DNA of 64,000 nt, taken from NCBI GenBank assembly GCA_963841435.1, contig CAWJCS010000002.1, forward strand, positions 768,001 to 832,000. Reading direction: 5' to 3'. Positions 29,001-40,339 of the stretch are shown piece by piece. The translations under genes and the position numbers were made by a program. Below the pieces are notes generated by a model that did no database searches, was not told the origin of the DNA, and worked only from the letters and a program-made list of their open reading frames with translations. Within the stretch, counting starts at the first letter, position 1; the number at the start of each line of letters is the position of its first letter. The DNA comes from an uncultured delta proteobacterium (GTDB lineage Bacteria; Myxococcota_A; Polyangia; Polyangiales; Polyangiaceae).

Positions 29001-29928
29001 TGGTGGAGCCGCAGTCCGCCGTCGTGCGCGGCACGCAGGATTGCCCCTGACCGCAGACGTCAGGGGTGCCGCCGCCGCCGCAGGTCTCGCCGCCCGTGCA
29101 CGCGTCCGCGCAGTTCTCGATCTCGCCGCCGCAGCCATCGGAAACGAACCCGCAGTAGTTGTCGGGAAGGCTCGCGAGCGCCTCCTCGCAGGTGATCGGC
29201 TCGCACATCGCCGTGCCGCATTTCCCGGGCTCCTGGGCGCCGCAAATCTCGTCGCTCGCGCAGTCGAAACCGCAGTCGATGGTTTCGCCGCAGCCGTCGG
29301 GGACCTCACCGCAGATGCCGGCGTTGGCGTCGTAGTCGTCGCAGGTGAGCGGCGTGCACGAGCCGCCGGGGACGGAGCACTCGCCATCGACGCATTGTTC
29401 GCCGGTTCCGGCGCATTTCTCTTTCGAGTCCGGCCAGCAATTCAGGACGCCGCCGCACCCGTCGGCCTGCATGCCGCAGTCGGCCTTGAGGTCCTTGCAG
29501 GTCTTCGGCACGCACGCCGCGCTGCCGCCGCAGCGGCTAGGCTCGCCGCCGCCGCCGCAAGTCTCGGGCGCCGTGCAGCCGCCGCAGTTGATGAGGTCGC
29601 CGCAGCCGTCGCTGATGGGGCCGCACTCGTCGGAGTCGCAGGTGGTCTTGCAGCCGTTGCCGCTCTCGCCGGCGTCGCCGGGGCCGATGATCGGTCCGCC
29701 GAGGTTGTTGCCTTCGCCGCCTTCACCGAGCGAGCCACTGCTCCCACCGGACCCCTTGCCGGCGCTGCCAGCACTGCCGGCCGTAACACCTGTCCCGTTG
29801 GTCGAAACGTCGGGGCGCCCCGAGCAACCGAAGGCCAGTGCCGAGAGCAGGATACAGCCAGAAATACGCGCGATGAGCTTCGGGACCAAAGGAGCCTCCG
29901 GCAAAAAGGGTGCGATGACCCCGGACAC
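26038..29928 (-). CDS. Large Cys-rich repeat lipoprotein with a central carboxypeptidase-regulatory-like / globular region
   Basis: Lipobox AFGC. Repeats CxPxTC...CG...DGCGG...CG.C..P.TCGGGG.P..CG flank a core starting LTGTVYAPNGTEPLPNALVYVP. Confidence 0.85.
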   Translation of the reverse strand: MSGVIAPFLPEAPLVPKLIARISGCILLSALAFGCSGRPDVSTNGTGVTAGSAGSAGKGSGGSSGSLGEGGEGNNLGGPIIGPGDAGESGNGCKTTCDSDECGPISDGCGDLINCGGCTAPETCGGGGEPSRCGGSAACVPKTCKDLKADCGMQADGCGGVLNCWPDSKEKCAGTGEQCVDGECSVPGGSCTPLTCDDYDANAGICGEVPDGCGETIDCGFDCASDEICGAQEPGKCGTAMCEPITCEEALASLPDNYCGFVSDGCGGEIENCADACTGGETCGGGGTPDVCGQGQSCVPRTTADCGSTNCGSISDGCGGLIDCGSCSGAETCGGGGTPGQCGAPACVPKTCGNFNANCGSIPNGCGATLNCGTCSSGNVCNANVCTPVVCVPKTAQQVCTGLCGIQSDGCGGTVNCGGCSAPNTCGGGGTPSVCGTPPCTPLTCQDVGANCGPIGDGCGGIIQSCGTCSSPEICGGGGQASVCGNDSGTTCTGLCQYQASCPTNQETRLTGTVYAPNGTEPLPNALVYVPNAPLPAITHGPSCDRCQDEDLGSPIAGAVTGADGTFVLRNVPAGIDFPLVVKIGKWRRVVTITSTPQCTNKNLTADQTRLPRNKTDASAGNQQFVSLPQMAIATGNYDAMECVVRKIGVSDSEFTLPTGQGRVHLYRANGAYQSCSHWQNGNCSSGNRVSAPLSDLFQGNTVSNYDLAIFDCEGSANEHGNNYDAKLHAFADAGGRVFASHYSYTYLHDNGDFATTATWGGTGSESNTVGIIDKTTNKGQTFNTWLGVTNSYSTTYGNGYIDILDPRYYVQANSATLSERFVYTDSSVRVSGHQLSTHNSTQEYAFNTPVGANANNICGRVLYSAFHVAVGSTTGSAVFPNHCSTGALTAQEKVLEFMLFDLSSCVSVGNPPGIPTCTPKTCNDLGATCGYRADGCGGLLDCGTCGAPDTCGGGGTPNQCGHTCTQTTCGAQGANCGVIADGCGGVLTCGACTSPAVCGGGGTPNVCGTPSCTPRSCASVNATCGPIADGCGGTVNCGTCTGGQTCGGGGTPNQCGTGSCNPKTCQGENAQCGFIGDGCGGTVSCGTCPTGQTCGAGGPNRCGGGCVPRTCQAASATCGFIGDGCGGTLNCGTCQAPEICGGGGTPSQCGGSCSPRTCQQAGAECGATSNGCGGVLSCGVCPPGQTCGAGGPNLCGNGNCAPKSCSQANANCGAVGDGCGNVLSCGTCPAGQSCGGAGVPNQCGAGGCVPRTCSQQNAECGPAADGCGGLLDCGTCTPPLTCGGGGVPSKCGSIN

Positions 29929-30175
29929 ACCGATCCCCTGCCGTGCGGGGGTGTCGCGCGGAGGGGCCGGTCGGCACTCTGCGAGTACCCTCCCGGGGTT
30001 GGTTGCTCGTGACTCACTCCTCGCGAATCACGAAGACCAACAACGGACGAACGTACCTCGCCACATAAGGTCAATCAAGAGCTACGGCGCATTCCGCATG
30101 CAAATACATGCGAGCTTTGCCCACCTTCATGCACGGGCATCACACATGTCGGGCCAAAAACTTGGGCTTCGACGA

Positions 30176-30210
30176 CGCCCCGGTTTCCTTTGATAGTGAA
30201 AACCGGGGCG
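30176..30210. terminator. 11-bp inverted repeat (hairpin) downstream of the LysM/M15 gene
   Basis: CGCCCCGGTTT-13nt-AAACCGGGGCG. No clear U-tract, so it could be a protein-binding site instead. Confidence 0.35.
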
Positions 30211-30282
30211 CGAGTGTGTCGGATCGATGCGCCTTGGGTGTTAAACCTTCCGAGCGATCCCAGCGACCGCGCTTCTTTGGCC

Positions 30283-31446
30283 CTAGGGCCGCGGGTGTCG
30301 CGGGGCGCGGTGCGGCGCACTCTCGTGCGTCTCGGCCGCCGCGAGCGGCGGGTCGCCGTCGTCGTCCGCTGTGCCCCGTCCCGGAGCTGTGGCTTCCGGT
30401 AGCGCTTCATCGGCGACATCGGGGACGTCGTCGTTCGCGCCGGGATCGTGCGACGCCTTGCCTTTGGGGAGCTTGCGGACGCCGTTCGACGCGCTCGGCG
30501 CGGCCGGAATCGCGGCCTCCATCTCGGCGACGACGTTTTCGGCGATGTCGTCGAGGTCCGCCGGTCGAAGCTTCTTCGCGAACCTCTGCGCCGGCGACGT
30601 GCGCGGCGCTTCACCGGGGCCGGCGTAGTCCACCCACTGCATGACGCAGGGGCGCACGTCGAGGTGAACGAAGGACGAGTTTGGGTAATAGCCGACGCCG
30701 ACGTTGTCGAGCAGCAAGAGGTACTGTCGGAGAACGGTGTTCGGCACGCCCGGAATGCTGAAATCCACCGCCTCGCTGCGCTTGTGGCGCGAGTCGGAGA
30801 AGAACGAGCTGTTTCGATAACCGCTCACGACGCGGAGCGACTTCCCACCGAAGGTGTCGCTCACGCGCACGAGCAGCCGAATGAGGCGATCCGGTACGGG
30901 GGGGCGCGAGCCGGTGGCACCGAGCACGGCCGAGATCTCGCGCCTTGCCGACTCGGAGATACGGCCCGAGCCAATGGTCCCGCGAAAGCGTCGCTTGTAG
31001 CCGACGAGGTCGAGCCGGCCGGGATTTTTTGCTTTGCGCGCGTACTTCAGCCAGTCGTCGCCGCCGCCGGGCCGGTGGTGCTCGGGGATCACGAGAACGT
31101 CACCCGCTCGAATCACGTCGTCGTTGCGCAAGCCGTTCGCGGCCGCCAGCGCCTTGACCGACGTGCCATGGTGGTAGGCGATGACGCTCAGCGAGTCGCC
31201 GCGCGCGATGCGGTAGCTGCGCATCGAAACGCTCTCGTGGCCGACTTGCTTGGCCGGGCAGACGCGGGCGAGCGATGCCGTTCTCCGCGCCTTTTTGGCA
31301 TGGGCACGGGGGCTCGTGCGGTGAGGGTGCGATTCGGCGCCGTGGTGCGCAGAGCGTGCCGTTCTCGCGTGGGGGGGCGCCCCGTGGGCGAGCCCCGTGG
31401 CAAGAAGCAGCCCGAGCGGCAGGGCGGCATGGATCCAGCGCGACAT
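30283..31446 (-). CDS. LysM + DUF882/YcbK (peptidase M15) cell-wall peptidase
   Basis: LysM YRIARGDSLSVIA...LAAANGL...IRAGDVLVIP. M15 motifs VVSGYR, SRHKRSEAVDF, GVGYYPNSSFVHLDVR. ATG at 31446. Confidence 0.85.
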   Translation of the reverse strand: MSRWIHAALPLGLLLATGLAHGAPPHARTARSAHHGAESHPHRTSPRAHAKKARRTASLARVCPAKQVGHESVSMRSYRIARGDSLSVIAYHHGTSVKALAAANGLRNDDVIRAGDVLVIPEHHRPGGGDDWLKYARKAKNPGRLDLVGYKRRFRGTIGSGRISESARREISAVLGATGSRPPVPDRLIRLLVRVSDTFGGKSLRVVSGYRNSSFFSDSRHKRSEAVDFSIPGVPNTVLRQYLLLLDNVGVGYYPNSSFVHLDVRPCVMQWVDYAGPGEAPRTSPAQRFAKKLRPADLDDIAENVVAEMEAAIPAAPSASNGVRKLPKGKASHDPGANDDVPDVADEALPEATAPGRGTADDDGDPPLAAAETHESAPHRAPRHPRP

Positions 31447-31681
31447 GAGCCCCGAGGGCTGCCACAGGTCACCCGAAAGGGGCCAGATTTCGGGGTCGAT
31501 TGCGGGCGGTCTCGAAACCGCGCGGTCACATCCTCGTCGTCCCCCCGAGGCGCGTCGCAACCCGGCGTGATTGTTTTTTTTTGCTTTCCCGATAGCCGTT
31601 GCCGCGAGATCGGAGCCATGGGTAAGAGCCGATCCGGGACCGAGTAGGCCCCGCTCACCCTCTTTCGTGCCTCCGAACGCT

Positions 31682-33187
31682 ATGGCCAAAGCCTCTTTGT
31701 CGCGCATCTTCGTGCCCTTGGTTTCGACGTTGACGCTGGGGCTCGCCGCCTGTGGCTCCCAGGAGTCGAAGCAGACGTTCCCCCCTCAAACGGCAGGCTC
31801 CGCGGGAGCGGCGAGCGGCAGTGCTGGCGCCGGCGGCGCTTCTGGTGCGGGGGGCAGCGGAGGCACGGCAGGTGGAGCCGGCAGCGCCGGCGTAGCGGGC
31901 GGCTCGGGTGCGGCTGGCAGCGGAGGCGCCGCGGGCGGCGGGGCCGCGGGAGGCACGAGCGGGGCGGGAGGTGGTGGCGGTGTCGTGGCCGTGCTGCCCG
32001 CGGTTCTCGTGGGCCATTTCGCCCCGCTACCGGACTACGCGTCGATGGATCTTTCCGGACAGGCCGTCGTCTACCGGAAGAGCACGGGCGACACCGTCAT
32101 TTCCATTCAGGTGCTGGGCCTCGAGGCTTCCACCGAGTACCAGAGCCACGTTCACAATCAGCCGTGCGCCGTGAGCGCAGGCGGGCACTACCTGCGCGAT
32201 CCCGCAGCCGCGGCCGGCGAGTCGAACGAGATCTGGCTCCCCTTCCAGTCGGGCGCCGACGGCGTCGGCTCTACCGAGGTGACGGTGCCGCATGCGCTCC
32301 GCGGCGACGCCCTGTCGATCGTGGTGCACGAGCCCACGAGCGGCAACAAGATGGTGTGCGCGGACCTGAGCCTGAGCTCGGACGCAACGCCCGCGGCGCA
32401 CGGAACCTTCAAGGCCTTCGCCGCAGCCGAGACGCTGGACCAGACGATCGGAGGCACGGCCACGCTCGAGCGTTCCACCGCCGGCACCACGGTGACGCTC
32501 GGCGTCACGGGCCTCGACCCGGCGTCCATGTACATGAGTCACGTGCACCAGTATCCGTGCGATGTGAGCGATGCCGGCGGCCACTACAAGATCGACCCGA
32601 CCGTCATGACCGCCGACGAGGCCAACGAGCTCTGGCCGGACCTCGGCGACACCACCGCTGGAACGGCCACGGGTATGACCACTTTCACGCACCGCGCCCG
32701 CCTGGACGGCGCCTCCGTCGTGATCCACCGCACCTCCGCCGACATGGCGCCGAAGGTGGCCTGCGCGACCTTGCTGCCCGACGCCTTCCCCGACGTCGAA
32801 GCGAAGGGCATCGGCGAGCAGCTGCCGGCGGCCAGCCCCAACTACACGGCGCTCGAAGCGACCGCCGAGCTCGTCCGCGGCGTCGACGGGACGACGAAGG
32901 TGCACGTTGCTGCAGCGGGCCTCATGGCCGCCGTCACGTATCCGGCGCACGTCCACGATCGTCCCTGCAGCGTGGATAGTGGCGGAGCGCACTACGTGCG
33001 CGACAAGGCCGGAGCCGCCGGCGAGATGAACGAGCTCTGGATGATGCTCGACGGCAGCTCGGCTCCCATGGCCGAGGCTTCGCTTACCGTGGCACACCTC
33101 GCCGCCGCCGACGCGCGCTCGATCGTCATCCACGACCCGGGCTCGGACCCGGCCAACGCGCGCCTGATCTGCATCGATCTCGAGTGA
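31682..33187 (+). CDS. Lipoprotein with three tandem Cu/Zn-SOD-fold (Cu-only-type) domains
   Basis: Lipobox LAAC, Gly linker, three copies of HVHxxPC..GxHY...NE(I/L)W...S(I/V)V(V/I)H...C. Confidence 0.75.
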   Translation: MAKASLSRIFVPLVSTLTLGLAACGSQESKQTFPPQTAGSAGAASGSAGAGGASGAGGSGGTAGGAGSAGVAGGSGAAGSGGAAGGGAAGGTSGAGGGGGVVAVLPAVLVGHFAPLPDYASMDLSGQAVVYRKSTGDTVISIQVLGLEASTEYQSHVHNQPCAVSAGGHYLRDPAAAAGESNEIWLPFQSGADGVGSTEVTVPHALRGDALSIVVHEPTSGNKMVCADLSLSSDATPAAHGTFKAFAAAETLDQTIGGTATLERSTAGTTVTLGVTGLDPASMYMSHVHQYPCDVSDAGGHYKIDPTVMTADEANELWPDLGDTTAGTATGMTTFTHRARLDGASVVIHRTSADMAPKVACATLLPDAFPDVEAKGIGEQLPAASPNYTALEATAELVRGVDGTTKVHVAAAGLMAAVTYPAHVHDRPCSVDSGGAHYVRDKAGAAGEMNELWMMLDGSSAPMAEASLTVAHLAAADARSIVIHDPGSDPANARLICIDLE

Positions 33188-33638
33188 GGCGCGCAGACGC
33201 CGGCGGGGTTCGGCGCTTCACGGCGGGCTCGCGCGCCGCATCGGCGGGCTTCAGCGCCTCAAAGCACCGCGTAGCCGCGCAGGCACGTTTCGAGCGTCGT
33301 CTCTTCGTCGAAGCAGGAAACGCTGATCGGAAAAGGAACGTCGGGGATGCACCCCCACCCTTCCGGCGCCGCCTGGTTGTTGCAGATCGTATTCGAGATC
33401 GGCGAGTCGATCGGATCCAGCTCGGCAAAGATTGCCGTAGCGCTTCATGCACTCGGGCCGTACGGGATCCACGTAGGTGCACTCCGCGCAGCAGTCCTCG
33501 TAGCTCTGGCAGCCGGGGAGAGTGGCGCCGGCCGCGCACATCGTCGCGCAGTCCTTCGCGAGCGGTGTGCCGCAGGCGTGCCTACGCTCGGCGGGTGCGC
33601 GGCTTGCGACCCACCCACCCCGGCATTCGTCGGTCGCG

Positions 33639-34334
33639 TCAGGCCGATACGGCGATGCGCCCGAGTGATTCGAGTCGGAACGTTCCACTCCGCGAGCGTG
33701 CGTAGTGCAGCCGGGACTCTTCCTCGATGACCCGCGCGCGCAGCGCCGCACGCCCCGAGGTGCAAAACTTGCGGAAGATTGCGCCCATCTGATTCGCGAC
33801 CGTTCGCGGTGACGTGCTGCGCTCGGCAGCCATTTCCTGATGCGTCTTACCCTCCATCACGAGGCGCAGCACGTCGCTCTCGCCCGGGCTCAGGCGCGCC
33901 GCGAGCTCGGCGCCTGGAAGCTCTGCGCTGGCAATCCGCACGCCGTCCGCACGTTTTTCGAGCAGCGCCGGCGGAGGCGCAAGACCCCGCGCCGCGAGCG
34001 CCGCCATGACCAACAGGATGGGGGTGCGCGAGATTGGCGCGGACGCTCCCAGCGCTCGCAGCGCGCTGGCGCTCCGTACGGAAAGGGCGGCCAGGGACAA
34101 GCCGATGTCCGCGGCAACGACCTTCTGCGGCGCGCCCGACAGGAGTCGTTCGAGCGCGTCGCGCGTGTTGGGTCGGAGCATGGGTCGCGCCGGATCGCAT
34201 GTCGCAAGGACCCCGAAGCAACGGCCGTCGCGATGGGCGGTCGCAGTCAGCGTCACTTTGCCATCGACCAGTGAGCGCCAAAGCTCGCCGAGGTCGAGCT
34301 CTTCCACTATCGTTCGAGTGAGCAGCGGTTCCAC
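33639..34334 (-). CDS. LuxR-type HTH transcriptional regulator (myxobacterial double-HTH type)
   Basis: C-terminal LSPGESDVLRLVMEGKTHQEMAAERSTSPRTVANQMGAIFRK; second HTH-like GAPQKVVAADIGLS. Confidence 0.8.
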   Translation of the reverse strand: MEPLLTRTIVEELDLGELWRSLVDGKVTLTATAHRDGRCFGVLATCDPARPMLRPNTRDALERLLSGAPQKVVAADIGLSLAALSVRSASALRALGASAPISRTPILLVMAALAARGLAPPPALLEKRADGVRIASAELPGAELAARLSPGESDVLRLVMEGKTHQEMAAERSTSPRTVANQMGAIFRKFCTSGRAALRARVIEEESRLHYARSRSGTFRLESLGRIAVSA

Positions 34335-34539
34335 GCTGCACGGGGGAGCAAGGCCCGTGCCGGGCGGATTCCGCCCCCATCCGTGCAGGGCCCTTCACAC
34401 TTCGGCACGCTCATGCCCTCGAGGTGTGAGGCGTTCGACACACTTCGCCGTGCAGCGGCCTGCACACCAACGCTGTTATGCCCCCGGGTCCTCCGGGCAG
34501 GCTCTGCGCCGTTGCGGGGAACGCTCTCGAGGGAGGGCG

Positions 34540-36013
<1,474 letters not shown>

Positions 36014-36061
36014 GCTAGAAGGCGAGAATACTACAGCTCATCGTGTCTTTGACCGACTCCG

Positions 36062-36924
36062 ATGCCCGAACCCGGCGCCCAACTGCATCACTACGAAGTC
36101 GAAGCGCTCGTCGGAGTGGGGGGAACGAGCGGCGTCTGGTCGGCGCGGGACACGCGTACGGGTGAGCCAGTCGCGCTGAAGCTCTTGCGCACGAGCGCAA
36201 CGCTGGAGGACGCGGCGGGCGAGCGACTCCTGCGAGAGGCCCGCGCCTCACGAGCTGTCTCGCATCCGGCGGTCGTGCCCGTACGGGACGTGTTTCTCCA
36301 CCAGGGCGCTCCGGTGCTCGTGATGGAGCTGCTCCAGGGGGAAACGTTGAGGCAGCGCTTCAATCGCGAGGGTCGGCTGACCCTCGGACAGGCCGCGGCG
36401 CTGCTCCTGCCGATCGGAGAGGCGCTGGTCGAGGCGCATCGCTCGGGGATCGCACACCGTGATCTCAAACCGGAGAACATCTTTTTGCAGCTCCCGAGCC
36501 CCGATGCAGAGCGTCCCGCGGTGCGTTTGCTCGATTTTGGTGTGGCGCGGTTCTACGAACCCCCGCCCGGTAGCGATCTCGTCCCCATCACGGGGCTCGA
36601 GGTATTGCTCGGCACGCTTTCCTACATGGCTCCGGAGCAAGCGCTACGACCCGCCGAGTGTGATCAGCGGGTTGACGTGTGGTCGTTCGGAGTGACCTTG
36701 TACGAAGCATTGGCCGGGTGCCGCCCCATCGAAGGGGAGAGCCCCCAGGACACCCTGCGCCAGCTGCTCCTTGGCGGAGTGGTTCCGCTGGGGGTGCTGG
36801 TCCCCGATTTGCCGGATGATGTTGCGGGCTTTCGTCCCAGCTCCTCGTCAGGAACCCGGCGGCGCGGGCCCCCGATCTGCAGCAAGCGGTCGAGGTGCTC
36901 GGCCGCTACCTCGAGCATTCGTGA
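36062..36924 (+). CDS. Hanks-type Ser/Thr protein kinase (cytoplasmic; frameshift near 36830)
   Basis: GVGGTSGV, VALK, HRDLKPENI, DFG, GTLSYMAPEQ, DVWSFG; the shifted frame ends ...GRYLEHS* at 36924. Confidence 0.85.
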
Positions 36925-36996
36925 AAAAATGACGTGATCGCCGCCCGGCGCGACCCCTTTCGGTCCGGCCGGCGGCTCCCCTATAATTGTGCCACC

Positions 36997-38510
36997 TTGA
37001 GCGCAGGGCCGGATCTCGCAGGGTCGGTGATCGCCGAGCGGTACGAGCTCGTGCGCCTGATTGGTCGCGGCGGGATGGGGTCCGTCTACGAGGCCCGCCA
37101 CACCGGCACCCACAAGCGCTGCGCCGTCAAGGTCCTGAGCTCGTTCGAGCTTTCGGCCGACGCCGAGCTCACGAAGCGTTTCTTTGGGAGGCCCGCGCGA
37201 GCGGGCTCATCGAGAGCCCCCATGTCGTTGCTGCCTACGACTCGGGCATCGATTCTGCCGGTCTGGTCTATTACGTCATGGACTGCCTGCGCGGGGAGGA
37301 TCTCGCGCAGACCCTGAAGAAGGTCGGCGCCCTCGCTCCGGTTGCCGCGATCAAGGTCGTCGTTCAGGCGGCGGCAGGGCTCGCTTGCGCCCACGAGCTC
37401 GGCGTGATCCACCGCGACGTGAAGCCGGCCAATCTCTTCTTGGCGCGCGGACCGGACGACGACGTGACCGTCAAGGTCCTCGACTTCGGCGTCGCCAAGG
37501 TGAGGATGCAGATCTTCGGTGAGAGCGGCAACACGCTCACCCACGGCGGGGCCCTGCTCGGCACCCCGCAGTACATGTCGCCGGAGCAGCTCAAGCGCGC
37601 GTCCTCGATCGAGGAGACCACCGACGTTTGGTCGCTGGCCGTCGTGCTCTTTCATTGCTTGACCGGAACGCTGCCCTGGGGTGAGGCCGAATCCATGGGC
37701 GAGTTGATTGCTGCCGTGCTGACGGCCCCGATCCCCTCCGTTCAGGATCTCGCTCCCTGGGTCCCCGCGTCGCTCGCGCGCGTCGTCCGCGAGGGGCTCG
37801 TGCGCGACCCAAAAGGACGAACGGCGAGCGCCCTGGAGCTAAGGGACGCCCTTCAGCAGCTCTTGCCGGGACCGGCCACGCTCCGCTGGGAGGAACTCAC
37901 GGGGCCCTCGGGCACCGAGCGCAGCGTGCCTGCCGCGCGCCTCGCGCTCGCCGACACGCTGAGCCAGACGACCCATAGCGACGCGCCGGTCGTGCGCGAG
38001 CGAAGGCGAGGCGTTTCACCCGCATTGCGGTGGCCTCTGTACGCGCTCTCGCTGGCAGGTGCGGGCGGGCTCGCCGGTTGGGCGCTCGTTTCGACTCCAG
38101 GCTCGAAAACACCGACCGCCCCGGCGGCCGGTGTGACGACGAGACCAGCCTCGGTTTCGGTCCCTCCGACGACCCCGTCCAGTGACCCGGCCGTGCGCCG
38201 ATACCCGCTCGACATCGAACCGCCCGAAGCCGTCGTCGAGGTTGACGGCGAGCCCGTCGCGGTGCGTGACGGGCAAGTGATCATCGTGGGGCAGGTGGGG
38301 TCGGTCCACGCCGTCTCGGCCGCGTTTGCCGGCCGCAGCGCCGAGCAGCGCGTCGCGATCACGATGGAAGCGCTCGTGCCCTCGCGCGTTGCGGTTGCTC
38401 GGGACAAGCCGCGACGCAAGGAGTCGCGACCACCCGAATCGGTCCCGGTGAGTTCGTTGACTGCACCAGCCCCGTCGATGGCCGCCGAACTCTCTCAGAA
38501 ATTCGAGTAG
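36997..38510 (+). CDS. Membrane Ser/Thr protein kinase with extracellular PEGA-like domain (frameshift near 37185)
   Basis: GRGGMGSVY and CAVK in one frame; HRDVKPANLF, DFG, GTPQYMSPEQ, TM helix and IEPPEAVVEVDG in another. Confidence 0.85.
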
Positions 38511-38531
38511 CTCTGCTAGGGTGCTCGAGCG

Positions 38532-40328
38532 ATGTCGGTATCGCTGCCCACCCGGGGGGGGTGGCTTCGAGGGCTCGCTCTCGTGGTCGGGCTGCATTTG
38601 CCGGCGAAACACGCTGCGGCTCAGGCGGCGCCCACTGACGGCAACACCACGGGCAACCAGACTCCCGAGGATGACCGAGCGCGGCGTGCAGAAGCCGAGG
38701 CGCACTTTTCGCGGGGCCTTGCCCTCGGCAACACCGGTGACGGCTGGGAGGCGGCGCTCGCGGAGTTCCAGGAATCGCGCCGGCTCTTCCCGACTCGCAG
38801 CGCGACGCGCAACGCGGCTATCGCGTCTCAGGCTCTCGGTCACTACGCCGACGCGCTGGAGCTCTACGACGTGCTCGTGAGCGACTTCGGGGCCGAAATG
38901 TCCGACGCCGAGCGGGAGGGGCTCGAAGCCGAGCGCCGCGCGTTGCTCGCCCACTTCGGGCAAGTCGTCGTGCGCGTCGGGGAGGCGGGCGTGCGCGTCG
39001 TCGTCGATGGCCGCAGCCGGGGCGTGAGCCCCTATCCGGGCCGCTCTGGCTCCAGGCCGGTTCGCACGTCGTGCACTTCGAAAAGCTCGGTTTCGAAGCT
39101 CAGGATCACCGCATCGTCGTTACGGCGGAAAGCAGCCGCGCGCTCGCGGTCGAGATGGCGCCGCTCGCAGGAGCGCGGACGCTCGTCGTCACCGAGGCTG
39201 CGAATCGACGGCTCGACGTTGTGCTTGACGCCGCCGTCGTCGGGGTGACGCCCTGGCGCGGCGTCGTTTCCCCGGGGCTGCACTCGTGGCACTCCGTGGT
39301 CACCGGCTCGGGACGGCACCGACCGCGGTTGACTTCGGAGCGCGGCGGTCCGAGACGCTCACGTTGCGGGCGGTGACGCTCGACGCCGAGGCCACGGTGG
39401 TCCTCGAGCCTGAAAAGTCGGCGGTCTACGTCGATGGGCAGTTCGCCGGGATGGGCAAGTGGTCGGGAGGCCTGCCGAGCGGCACTCACCACTTCGACGT
39501 TCTCGCGCCCGGCTATCTGCCATTTCGCCGTGACCTCCGGCTGAACCCGGGCACGAAGACGTCGTGATGGCGCGCCTGCCCCCGAACCCGCCGCGCGATG
39601 CGTCGCCGCGCTTCTACGTCGAGCCGAACGCGGCGCTGATCCTCGCGCGGAGCTTGCGCGGCAGCACCGACGCTGCCTGCGACTGCCCGACGCGGTCACG
39701 GCCGTTCGGCTGGTCGGCTTCGGCACGGGTCGGCTACTCGCTGCTGCGCCGTCTGGCTGCCGAGCTCGGGGGCGGCTACCTCACGCTGAAGGAGCGTTCG
39801 ACGCGCACCGTGGCCGCGGGCAGCGAGCCCGGCACGTTCGGCTTCCATTCGACCGACGAGCGCGACTCGGTGGCATTTCGGCCTGTTCCTGCAAGCCGGT
39901 GTGGCCGCGCGTTTCTTTCGCACGTATCCGCTCACCGCGCGCCTCTCGGCCGGCACTGCCCTCGTCAACGCAGAGCTCGGCAACGGCGGAACCCTCACGG
40001 GGCTCGTCTACGACGACGGTGCCGGGGTGTGGGCAACCGCGACGGGCCGTTTGGCCGTCCCGGAGTCGAGCGCGTGGGTGTTGCTCCCTTTCACCTCCAC
40101 CGAGCTCAGACTGGGCGTGCCTTGACGTTGCGGTTGAGCGCCGACCTGGGTATTGCCATGACCCTGTACCTGCCTCCGAAGGTGGTGCGATCGGGCCGTA
40201 CCGGCTTGCTGAGCGGCGTGAGCGCGCCCGAGCGCTACGGCGCCGGAGTGCTCACTCTCCCGGACGAGCGGGCCCTGCGTGCGTTCATCGCCCTCGTCCC
40301 GTCCGTCGGCCTACGGCTGGAGCTTTGA
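38532..40328 (+). pseudogene. TPR + multiple PEGA domain outer-membrane protein, many frameshifts
   Basis: AEAHFSRGLAL...WEAALAEFQES...YADALELY (TPR); VRVVVDG and VYVDG...GTHHFDVLAPGY (PEGA); ends VGLRLEL*. Split across at least 5 ORFs. Confidence 0.7.
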
Positions 40329-40339
40329 GCAGCCTTGCC

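Noticed and set aside
26038-29650. Periodic DNA repeats (GCCGCCGCCGCAG, GCCGCAGCCGTC) that might suggest a CRISPR or other DNA array
   Set aside because: They are codons of Cys/Gly protein repeats with synonymous variation; no constant repeat-spacer structure and no cas genes.
33251-33630. Cys-rich coding-like fragment downstream of the LuxR gene (ends ...CFDEETTLETCLRGYAVL*)
   Set aside because: Frameshifted with no identifiable start or signal peptide; cannot be called reliably.
34396-34410. CACTTCGGCACG resembling the tRNA-Leu 3' end (possible att site)
   Set aside because: Short, imperfect and inverted relative to the tRNA rather than a direct repeat; no integrase in the window.
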